The notes under the pieces: model-generated
The model's database searches: none
What the model saw: only the letters and a program-made list of their open reading frames with translations
Told to the model about the DNA's origin: nothing
Origin: Phallusia mammillata
Taxonomy: Eukaryota
DNA length: 64,000 nucleotides
Assembly (NCBI GenBank): GCA_965637545.1
Contig: OZ281498.1
Span: 11,904,001 to 11,968,000 of the forward strand
Direction: 5' to 3'
Shown: positions 12,001-23,500 of the stretch, one piece after another
How positions within the stretch are numbered: position 1 is the first letter of the stretch
Layout: the number at the start of each line of letters is the position of its first letter
Translations under genes and position numbers: made by a program

Positions 12001-14772
12001 TCATTGAACAAAAATGGAACTAGACGGTATCGTTATATATGCCGTGGCTTGGGTAACTATGAACACCTTTCTTGTTGTCTTTGCTGCTCTCTTGTCCATT
12101 GGGTTGGGTCAGTTTACTTATAATTTCTTGGTCCTTCTTGCCCTTGTTCCGAATAAAGCGTGGATTAATGTGAAGACGCTCGTAGTGACGACTCAAGCTG
12201 AACGAACGTGGAAAGAGCATATCGCATATGTCGCATCTGTAATACACACTCCCGTTTTATCATACATTTTTAACAGTTACAATACAATCTAACATACCCA
12301 AAGTGGGCACTATCGGGGTTACAAACTTTCGAACTTTAAGAGAGAACCCATTGTTCTAGTGATTTTAGTTGTTTACATCGTGAAAAGACACAGTTTTAGA
12401 GTTCATAGAAATAGCAATACTAAATGAGACACGAGAAGCTGTTTCGGTAAAAAATATTTCTTTGTGGGGCGTCTGGGAAATAAGAAACTAGCAACTTGGT
12501 TTCCCCGCAATCGAATATATAGCTCGATGTCCAGCACAACCGCAGGCTGGGTTTCAAATATTTGAATATCCACTGCGTATGTTCTAGTCGCATTTAACAA
12601 ACGCTAGTAGGACTGATAAAAGATCTGTGATAAAATTATTCGCTTTAGTTTTTTTGACAAACATGATTGGGTAAAAACCGCTTACATAGGTTAGCTTAAT
12701 CAATACGCTTCTTCGTAACTCCATTCCTTAACAGGCTAATTGAATGTGATACGCCTAACCAGAATGTGAATTGACCTTACCTGTACGACGTAACGCCACC
12801 TAATTTGCTCCGAATCGTATGTTCTTTGCAGACCTATGAGAATTCATTTTCATTACTAAGATGTGAAGTAAAATCTCATTGAATTATTTTAACAAACAAT
12901 AAATTGGAAACTAGTTACTACAAAAAGCATGAATGTTTCTATAACGGGATAAATTACAGCATCTACATGTGAACACACTTGGTACCTTAAATCTAAAATT
13001 TCCTTCTTCATCAAAAGTCACTGCGCCACCTGAAAAGGAACACATACGTAACAGGAACGAATGTTGTATTTGCGAAGTGGCTGGGATAGTAGATATGTGA
13101 TTTCTGCACCAAGGCAACTTCATTGAAATTGGGGTGTGATTTAAAACAAACCGTATTAAGTTTGGGGCGCATATTTTTTTGTATTTAAGAAGAAATATTC
13201 ATAATAGCACAAAAGTAATCAAAAAGCGCGGATGCGAAGGTTATTCGATTTCCCAAAAAGTTTTACAAAACTTTAAATGGTAAATTTTGTTTCCAGCATC
13301 TTAGGCACCAACAAGCACTTACCGGCACTTTCAGCACAAAATACTGCAGTTTGGACACTAGGAGGGGAAGGCAATCGTTGATTTCGAAGCTTTTCAGTAG
13401 ATTTTGATTTTAGAATCTTGGGAGTTCTTTTGTGACATTCACGAAACACCTGTAAAGCGAATATTTTTTAAAAACTAAGTTTAGTTGCAACATCTCAAAT
13501 TCTGTTATCAAAGGGTATGTTAACGGCATTTCCACACCAGGGATCGCGACACTGGCAACAGCCAGTGTTTGTACGATAGGAACTCACTACACATTATCTT
13601 CATTTATAGAAACGGTTACATCCAGTGTTTTTTTAAGGTGTTTTGGGGGACCGTGTTTCCCAAAAGCAAATATGGCTATTTTTTTGTATTTAAATAATAC
13701 ACTTGCGGTCTCTTAAAACTACTTAGCGGTCACCCAAACCAAACCTTAAAAAAACCCTGGTTACATCAGTCAAATGGTCACCCTATACTTAAGGCTGTGT
13801 CAGCAACTCTACATCAGAAACGCTACTTTTTGTTAAATATAAACGGAAAAAAGCTGGTAAGTGTTGGCTTTACTTTACCTCGGCTGGTACTGTTCGATTG
13901 ATGTTCATAAGTTTAGTTGGAATGTCAAAAAGACAGTCCTGATATCGAGAGGGTTTCCGTTTGTGACGAACCAACTTTATTTTTGCCAAAGGAGCTGTGT
14001 TGTTGTTATTTTTGTTAGCTCCAGATTGAGTTCGTTCTTTAGGTATATTGATCTTCACACGTTTCTTTTTTTCTGTGTTACACATTATCTGATGTTATGT
14101 CATAAAATGCAACCTGAACTTCCAAATTAACAGCAGGGTTCCAAAATGTTTTGCTATATTAGGGTATGTTTTGCTATATAATACAAAACCTTTATAACGG
14201 ATGTTGAGGTCGAAGCTTCTGGACAGTGCCAGTTTCTAACCTCACGGACCTCGTGCAGCTTGGGCCCTCAAGTGGATGTTAACAGCGCTCGGTCAACACT
14301 ATGGGTTTATTTTTATAAAGCTCGCATTGGATATTTGGTAGTAGTGTGTAACGTTTAAAACAAAAATTTAAAATCAAATAGTGTTAATTTTTAAAATGTG
14401 GAAGCACGTTAGGCGAATGGTTATGTGTCGTTGTGTTTATGTTGTTACTTACTTGCAGTTTCTGGGTTAGCTGCTTGGTTGTCAAGTACAGCTTCGGCAG
14501 ATTGCAAAACTTCGTCATTAGCGTCCTGAAAACATTTTGAATTTTTAAGATGCTATAAAATACAACACAAAATAATACGTCTGACTCTCTGTTATGCCGC
14601 AAAGTGCAACAATAGCAACGATAATGGTATATTTGAAAGTGAAGCTGCCCCAAGGGATTACACTTACTGTACAGTCAGTCGTTTTCACAGTGGAATCTGC
14701 TGGAAAGGTTTCGTGTGATGATTCGGCCTCCGGATCTGCATTTAAAACTTGCTTTGCACGAGAAATTTCCAT
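1..14772 (-). CDS. Large multi-exon C2H2 zinc-finger protein (25 exons visible, about 1,980 aa or more, 3' end beyond the window)
   Basis: Phase-consistent GT-AG model, 5'->3': 14772-14668, 14525-14453, 14036-13879, 13449-13323, 13029-12986, 12833-12781, 12236-12067, 11892-11815, 11438-11308, 10907-10689, 9746-9642, 9350-9130, 8765-8558, 8316-8211, 6832-6541, ~5891-3946, 3467-3405, 3023-2779, 2591-2445, 2317-2215, 2071-1946, 1871-1741, 1620-1486, 1330-1154, 767-<1. Six C2H2 fingers: YRCDICDMLFPRSFSLSRHYERLH, FACKLCSRQKIFFTRKEELRRHHQAKH, FKCDSCERSYPTRHELRRHQRSH, YACRFCAKRFPTSTNARRHERTH, HLCKVCKKGFIQKTDMVKHLRSVH, HKCTECPKSFTSQVNLRRHFRLKH. Linkers SGERPY and TGDRPH are canonical. The ATG at 14772, the acceptor at ~5891 and the donor at 1486 are the least certain calls. 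Confidence 0.85.
7024..7336. repeat. Long inverted repeat (foldback) in an intron of the zinc-finger gene
   Basis: 7031-7144 is the exact reverse complement of 7216-7329 (114 bp). This extends to 121 bp with one mismatch (7024-7144 / 7216-7336). The spacer is 71 nt. Confidence 0.95.
7483..7769. mobile_element. Non-autonomous hAT-type MITE (Charlie-like termini)
   Basis: TIRs CAGTGGTTCCCAACC / GGTTGGGAACCACTG; perfect 8-bp TSD CTCTATAA at 7475-7482 and 7770-7777. Confidence 0.9.
9475..9586. mobile_element. Degraded hAT MITE remnant
   Basis: One clear terminus (GGGCCGTAGTTTGGTGACCCCTG, the reverse complement of CAGGGGTCACCAAACT) followed by CTATAGAC. The other end is not clearly recognisable, so the left coordinate is approximate. 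Confidence 0.45.
13623..13759. mobile_element. hAT-type MITE, family A, copy 1 (137 bp)
   Basis: TIR CAGTGTTTTTTTAAGG / CCTTAAAAAAACCCTG; perfect TSD GTTACATC; internal sequence shared with 41404-41567 and 44343-44506. Confidence 0.92.
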
Positions 14773-16269
14773 GTTAAATATCATACAAAGTGCCTTTGAA
14801 ACAAAGCAGCGTGAAAAAGAGGTGTACATGTAGTTCGTTTAAGTCATGTTTTTTGCGTAACATGTTGCCCAAAATTGTACAAAAAGTAGTTTTTATTGTA
14901 TTTGTGACTATTTGTGATCGAAAAGATAACATAGATTTGGACCACACCTCTTACTTCCCCCGACAAATACAGCATTTGCGTTTCATGCTGCTGTGCACAG
15001 AAAAACAGCATGTAGCAAGATTGCCTAGTTAATACTGAGAACCACGGGTCCTGGTCTACACAGTTTTCTAGTACCACTGCTTTACACTACCAAACAGTTT
15101 CACAAGGTTACAACCACACACAATAATCATGTGCCTGATTAAAGTACATTAGGCTTGATAACGTCACAGCAATCACGACATTTCCAAGCGCGAATTAAGC
15201 AAAAAACGACTGGTGACCTAACCACTAAAACCATGATTCGACGCTTTACATTTTGTTTATAGTTGTTGACATTTATGTCGACTATCCTGTAGCCAGTTTC
15301 CTATGTTGTGCTTACTATAGCTTAAAACTAACTGTCTACAGTGAGCCCCACCACACCACATACAACTATACAAGTTTTGAATGGGCTTCCAATTGTTCAG
15401 AATCAGAACACACGTCACTCGTGCTTAATTCGCCTAGAGCAAACAATACAGACCATCGTCACACAAGAAACGTCCGCACCCACTGTGCAAATCGATCCAC
15501 CACTTTCCATACCCATTTCCATGCCACATTTTTTTCGGATCAATGAAAACCTTGACTATACAGCTTGCTTGCAGTTCTCCACTGTCAATCTTCTAACCCA
15601 GAAATTAACGTTAACCATAAAAGTGCTCGTAAGTGTAGTTTTTGATACACATTATATAAAACGATTCGCTAAACTTTATGGACCAGAAAGCATGGCTAAG
15701 CCTACTGATATATGTCAAGATTGTGGTAAAGCGCGAGCTCTAAAATTCCAACCAATTTCTCTTACTTCCAAAAAACAACCAAAAGTATTTTCTGAGAATA
15801 CAGAGCGGCGAAGGCTTTGCTTTTAGTCCGAGGTGGACCAAAGCACACGCATTCAGTACCAACACATGACGCATTTTATTCTTATCTTAAAGCACCTCAA
15901 AGCACAACTAATTACCTCCAAAACGAATGTACGTACAGTATGGTTTCTTTTTACTTTATCTAATCTATAGTCTACAACTGCACCAGTCACCACGCAACTA
16001 AAAAGAGGGTTTCGACCGTGTTAACTGACAGCAGAACGTGTACGGTAATGCCTTTTTCACTATTGACACAATATCCTCGCTTGAATTCACTCGATTTCAA
16101 CATGGCGGTTTGGTTGAGTACCATGCGAACGAAAGGAATCCGTCTGGCGGAGCATAGGCGCTTGGTACTTCAACTAAACGCTCATAATCTTAGCACAAAG
16201 CGTACATACGTTTCATCAAACCACTACATAGTGTCTTGAAATCATGTAACTTTGTTACTATGTCTTAGT

Positions 16270-16560
16270 TGGGTCAGTGGCGAACACAAAACTTGCACAA
16301 ATAGCATGTCAAAACCAGCAAATTTTCGTTGTTTTTCAACGTTTTTGGTAGAGGCAACATCGTGGTGCTGAATGCGGTGTCTCGCAGACAGGCGTTTCGC
16401 TTGGGTTGGGCTGGATTGGCTGGCGTGCGATCATTATAAAGCGTGCTGGGCTGTGTGCTTGTTGTAAGCATTCGTAGAGAAGTCCGTGTGGTGCGTGTGT
16501 GTATGCGCAACGTGCCACTGCGCAACTTTCCTACAGTGCTGAAGGAGCCGGCGCACTGAA
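16270..16560. promoter_or_regulatory. CpG-richer segment upstream of the zinc-finger gene; candidate promoter or 5' regulatory region
   Basis: Locally raised GC/CpG content against an AT-rich background, a CCAAT and TATAAT on the minus strand, and TTGCGCA palindromic cores, between two divergent genes. No direct evidence of activity. Confidence 0.3.
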
Positions 16561-19500
16561 GTAGTCATCAAGCTGTTTTAATAGGAAATGAGCACCTTTA
16601 CAATATGGGGTGTCAGTTTTTTTTACTACACTACACTTTGTTTAGTGCACCAAACCACCAAGGAGTTGGTGCATCACAGATGACACCAATCATAAATTAG
16701 GACTTAAGTGGTAATTTTTAGCCTTCTTACTGGTTAAAAATTATTGCTTTTTAAGAAGACTGTTTCATCTAAAACACCATGTTCATGTACATCCTGTGGT
16801 TTGTTTGTGTACATTTTTCATTGTATTGTAAGAAGGTCAAAAACAATCACTATTTACTTCAAGTTGATCACTTAATTTCAAGTTTGTGTGATTTACAAGA
16901 CTATTTGCAATTTCTAGATAAACTGTACAGTAAGTTTGTTCTTTAAATTCAACGATTTTTTGGTTGAAATGTTTATGAAGACATATGCAGTTTGAGCTAT
17001 TACCAAGTGACGTACTTGGGTGCTGAATATTGTAACTAATCTTCTCGCTTGGTTGGTTTAAGCACCCTGGTCACAGAGGCGATAAACAGCAGTTTTTAGC
17101 TATCATGTTTGCGGTAGTCTTGTGCATAAAAGAATGCACAGTAACAAAACCATTTTGCCGGAGGCGCCCTTTTTGCCACAATCTGTGTTTGTGATACTGG
17201 TTTAACGTCATCTTCGTTGGAAACTGGAATGTTTTTCCGTTTGTTAAGTGACGTTATTCAGCTCTTAACAGAGCCTGTGAAAATTACACTTCAACATTAC
17301 TGGATGCTTTCTAACCTCGCCCAGAAGAACAGTCCACAATCAGCCCTGCTGTTATAAATTATTAACCAACAGCTATTTCCTTGTTTAGTGTTGGCTTCCA
17401 TGTTCCCGATGGTAAACTACGCGTGTGCATGTTATCTCATAAGGATATATTTGATTGCACCATCGTTTAAGTTGTGAGACACGAAATGATTCGGGAAATC
17501 AACATATTTACTTAGTACAACCTGTATCCATTAACGTACATATACATTAAAATGTATACAAGGCAGCTGGTGCACTCGATTTCAAAAGGAAGTGGCTAGA
17601 CACTTCCGACAGATGACTAAATCAATGTGAACTGCTGAGCTTTGCGAATCAACACACACAATTCCTATAATGAAAGAGCCTAATGCAGCTCAGGCGTTAA
17701 AAAATGCAAATCATGTTCCGTTTTTTCTTCTTTTGGGGACATTTGACCATTTAAAATTGGCATATAAGTTGGCCCTTTGTAAAAGACATGTATCTTCGTA
17801 AACTTTTGCAATACATGAACTATTAAATCGGTATCAGCATGATGACCGATATAGTGGAGTGCATCTAAAATACGTCTAGTCTTGCGTGTCTAACATCAAG
17901 AAATGGAACATTTTACAGCACTTAAAAGCTTAACTTTGAGCCCACTTGGAAGAAGTGTTTTCGATATTTCGGCGGTATGAATTGGTTTTGTCTATTTTGT
18001 TAATGCTTTAGATTTTAAGTTATGCTATCCCGATTGGTCAACACAATCGTTGAATATCCTGACCTATTATAGCAGGCCCAGCAACTAAAATGCAGTTCCG
18101 AAATTTCCTCTAATCTAATCCTTGTTTGCATATAAGCCTTAACGTTACGCCTAATGAGCACCAAATGTAACCTAATCTTTTATATTTGTCTGCGCAAAAG
18201 TGTGATTTTCCGAACAAAAATGTGACTAAATTTCATGCTTGGGCCTATAGTGTGTCGGTGTGTTTATCCGAACTGATTGATTTACTGGAGTTTGAAATGG
18301 AAATCTCTCCATAATTAATACTTTAAAAAGGTTGTAAAAAATCTGTACACTTGTATAAAATTTGTTGAGAAATTTACAAACAGTGTTGCTATAGGATAAT
18401 TTAAAGCTTTATAAGTTGTCGTTTTGACATTAAACACCGAATTATAACGAAATCCACGTAGTGGTATGTAAAGCATGTCGCTTTATTTAGAGGGTAAATT
18501 ATCTTTCTGTTTGTATCGTTGGATAATAACGTAGCCTACGCGTATTCATACCCTTCGATAAGTGCTCAACTCTGATGAAAGACCGTTTATTTTTATGAAG
18601 TTATACCTGTTTAAATAAAATTAGCAAATATATATTTGTAAGTTAGTTATCTTAACATTTTACTAAAACTGGAATGATGCTTCAGTTCAAGAAGTAAAAA
18701 GCGAAGAATGCAATTTGTTCTTTTTAACATCAACAGGGTTGGGAAACCTCACATGAACATAACTCCCAAAGATTAACGACAGAAAGCTTAAAGCCCGATA
18801 CACTTTTATGGACTGGAAATTTTTCTTACATTGCACCTAAACAGTCTAACGCATCGAATTGACTGATCACTATAATGTAGAGAACAGAATGTTATTGCCG
18901 TATTTCTGTGCTCTAAAAAAAGCATTTTCCTGCATAAAGTTTACAATGCATAAGATTGGTGGCGACAGAGAGCTTATAACATTTGCCAAATATCAGATAA
19001 ATGACTCCATACTACGGGATACTTTTGTGAAACGTTGACGCACTTTTTACTACACAATCTTATGTGCACGTCGAGGCATCCGTTACTTGTACATTTTGAT
19101 TATGCTTCGTGAATGTCGGAAACTTCTCAATATTTGTTTTTATACTCCAACGAAAAATTTTTACTTGTTATTTAGGCTGTGGTTTTGTAATGTTTTGCAC
19201 ACTTTTAGTTATAATACTTGTACACTACATGCCTTTCCATCATTGAAACAAACAGTAAATAAAAGATCAAGGCCGAATGAAAAATTAACGACGGTATTGA
19301 TCACTTTTGGCGCTGTTGGGCCTCGCAGTCTCGATTCCCAGTCCGAACAACAAGCAAACATCGCAAAATACTCATATATCAGAAGTAAATACATATATCT
19401 AAAAAAAAACAATTCAAATATTTTATTTGTTTTTAATTAATACAGAGATAGGTCAATGTTGAGTGCAGGAAACTAAATCAACATTTTGCCGGCTTGGCTG

Positions 19501-20577
19501 AGACAACATAGAAATAATAAAGATTGCTTCTGATTGTACTTGCAAACAGGAAAACTACAAAAAAACGGGTTGAAGTTTGTGTGCAACGTTGGTGAGCTGC
19601 GACAAACTGCCATTCTTTTTAAACACACAGCGCTTTAAGTCAAGTTGCGAAATGTAAATCTAATGTTATTGTTTCATATTTTTGTTTCAAAAAGTGTGAA
19701 AGTAACCGTTGATACCATTTCTTTTTTTATTTTGAAGCACCCCTGAGACTTATTAATTTCTGTGAATATTGCAGAAGTTTAAGTTAATGGATGAATTTAT
19801 TATGTTTAAGTGGCATTTGTCACCAGGCAACTTCTCATTGATCTGTCAAAATGTACCAAAATATGTGTTGTATTTTTTGTTACTGTCTTTCTTTTCCTGA
19901 TGCATTGTTCAGTTTCTTAGCTCCAAATTCAACTTAGTGTAATGTAAAATGTGTATTACTTCAAAATGTCTCACATTTTACAAGCCAGCTCAGTTTTCTT
20001 AAACACAGTGACAAATATTTATAACTTGATGCCATCTTTATAGACTATTAAGTTTTTTATATTTTGTTGTGAAATGGATGACATAAATCGGGGGTCCACA
20101 ACCTTCTGCATGCAGCAGGCCAAGACTAAGATCCTCCAAGTTGCAGTACTAATTTTACTCTGAAAGCAGACCCATAGGTTGCAGACCCCTACCCTAAATA
20201 GTAGCTGTTCAAACAATAGACAGATATATTTACACATATATATGTATATCTAACCACCAAGAAAGCACAACTTGTAAAAACTAACAGATGAGCATAAATT
20301 TATAACTGGGATCAGTCCTGAAGTGTCTAAGCAATGTTTTCGATATATTTGGAACGTAGAGATGTGCTAAAAAAGTATCATTTTATAACAGTCAGATGTG
20401 TTTTTGTTTGCTTTTAAAATTTGTTCTTTATTGCATAAACTTCTCTAGAAAGCTGTATCCTATCTTTTAAGAATGTATTTGGTCTTTACAGATTTTTTTA
20501 TTTGACTGACCTGGCTGATAAAGGGTTTATGCAAGGACTGTGTATTTGCTTGTACTGTTCCCTACTTAGCATCATAA

Positions 20578-23500
20578 ATGGCTGCTGCCACAGTAAAAAT
20601 GAATCCTGACACTGGGCATAAAAGTGACACAAAAAAGATTGAAGAGGATGTAAGTCATGTTTGTAAATGGTCTGTTCAAGTAAAATAGAATTGTATAAAA
20701 AATACCTAAATGGCATCACATCATAAAACTTTTGTTGGAAAATTAAAATCTGTAACAACCACACATGAGTTATATTTGTATTTAAATATGATTTGGCTGT
20801 AAAAATCAATGTCTATAAATATGTGAAAAAGACTGTAAACCAGGGGTGGGCAACCCGCGGGCCGCATGCGGCCCTTCATTAAAGCTTGTGCAGCCCGCAG
20901 AGATGCTTGGATTTCAAAAGTACTGGCAAACGAGTCCAATTATTACACATTTTTGAGCTGATTAATGCGCCTGATGCTAGTTTTCTGCGATCTAGCAAAA
21001 TGTGACTAGAATCAAATACAAATTATACTTGTAGTTAAACATATTTGGTAAGAAACAAAGCAAAATCACTTTGTGTGTTGAACATGTGCGGCCCTCGATA
21101 CAATTTTTACATTTATAATTGGCCCTACAGTAACAAAGGTTGCCCACCCATGCTGGAAACACACACATTCAATAAATAGTTTATCTCTTTTGTGTTATCA
21201 CATGTCATCAGTGACTCTAATCATACTTATAACAAGTGATAGTAATAAGGTGCTTTACCCTTCACCTTAGAAATTTGTTAAACCTACATACAGATGTTAT
21301 CGTGGTATTTTTGCTTAATTGTTCACTTGATAAAGCATTTTGCCCCACCGATGCCCTTGTAAGAGTAGACATATATACTTTTGCCCACATAGGGATAACA
21401 CACATTTTAAAATAAATATATATACCAGTGATTTTGAACCAAAAGCTTGACCTGTAGCACCTTATATATTTGTGCAGATCTTGAATCTTAAGCATGTGAT
21501 CAACATAACAAAGCAGTCAATAACCAAGCTCAACCAAGAATTTGGAGGAAAGAAGAATCCCCCATCTATTTATTTTGAGGTAACATAAATTACAAAGCTG
21601 GACAATGTTGGTCTACACCAGTGTTCTTCAATGGGGGTTAATTTTGTCCAAGAAAAAGTGATTGTAAAAATTTTGAAGTTATGTGTAATATACTTCCACT
21701 TTTAGGGGCGATTTCGGACAAACTAATTGTTCAAAAAATGTTTAAGAAAAAACGTAACATGCCAACTAAGTTGCAACTACTAGTGGTAGTTCTGCAAACA
21801 CACAAGAGGCCAGTAGGGTGCATTTGCTTCAACAGCCTGCTATTTTAAGAAATTGTGCTTGTTGTTGATTGTTTGGATCTTTTGTGATAATTTTGAAGTA
21901 GATTGTATATCTATCAAAAGGGAAATTCTATGCAAACGATGCAAAATCTAAGAGGCACTTTTGACCAACATTTAATGGCACAATTTACATCTAGTCGTTT
22001 AAAGTGTGGGTATACCATGCAGTTTCAAATGAGATATTATGTACTGTGGATTTTATAATTGTATTTAAGTATACATTTTGGTGAGATCACAAATTTAAGC
22101 AGGTGTTTTTGGCAATTCAGTTCAAAATGAAATTATATGGGTGAATGTACAATAAAAAATGAAACTCGATACACTTTGGGCTGCATGCTACTATCATATG
22201 TACCTTAGAGTAATGTGACAAGAGCCATAAAAGCATCCAAACCACCGATTAATAGTGTGACAGTTTCATTACAAATTGTGTTTTTATGAACCAAGATAAA
22301 ATTTCTGTGTACAAACATAGGAATACAGAGATCTAACAGACCGGTTGGATGAGCACCAAAAGCGTCTGGAACACCTTACTGACATTTTGGAACAGGAGCA
22401 GATGCCAAGTAACTCTACTTACAATCCTCGATATTCTCCAAGTGTTCATACACAACATTTCTTTCCGCATCCTGTCACGGTTCCTCAAAATGGACAAACA
22501 TACACACAAGGTGTGCGCTTATGCTTTGAAACAGTTACGTTTTGTTAAATCTTGTTTTGTCATTATAAGGCAATGTAAAGGTTTTCCGAGCTTAAGGTTT
22601 GCAGTGTAAAAATGCTTTGATTATGCTTCCCACCTAAAAATGGTATATTTTCAGTACTGGCTAACACTGTTATATTCCTTCTTTTTTGGCAAGAACAATT
22701 TACATGTGATAGATGTTGTTCTAAAATTTAAACTGCAAAAAAAGTTTTTTACATATATACTGGGTTTGTTTTATAGCGGCTAGTGTAAGTGGTGGCTCAG
22801 AAGCACCACAGTCTCCCAACCAGCAGGGATCATCGGGTAAAAGTGGTGGAGGTGGTGACAAACCTATTGGAATGATTCGAATTTACCTGCCCAATGGAAA
22901 AACCACTGTGAGTCATATCTGATGTCACTGTTTCCAAATAGTTTGTGCCGTGGCTGACAGCAATTTGTCATGTTGCATATACCTGCAGTCTTGCACTGGT
23001 TTGCCACCCCCTTGTTTTTTATGATGTCAAAATACCACCTGGATTGTAAAACACCTGTAAATAAATTGTATACATCTTTTTCCTTTTTAATCAAACATAT
23101 TGGTAAAATTCTTAACTGTTTTTACCATTGTAGAAAAAAACAAAACAAAAACATTGTGTATGTATTGCAAAGTAGAAAATAAATGAGGATTTTTTTCTTC
23201 TTTGCAGTTTTTTATTAATTGTTAACTGAAGCACTTATTTTTTAACATTTTCTTTATGTCTGTTGTTGAAGGTTGGTGCCATCCCTAACAAGCGTTTATC
23301 AGACGTTTTACTCAGATCTTCGAGGTTAAAAAGCTTACGAGACAAATTAGACCAATGCAGTGTGTACAAGTTCGGAACAGAGTAAGTGCCATCTTTGTTC
23401 ATGTTAATTGGTTGTCACATGTGAGCCTATCGAACCATTAGTCATAAAAAAGTGGAAATTTGCTCACTTGTTTTTGCAAGTACATTTATTTTCACACATC

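Noticed and set aside
15341-15826. 161-aa plus-strand ORF
   Set aside because: GTG start, no recognisable motif, no supporting splice structure; it lies in the upstream region of the zinc-finger gene.
17120-17370. Open frames of 50-70 codons on both strands in the intergenic region
   Set aside because: No start codon or compatible splice sites link them to anything; consistent with chance.
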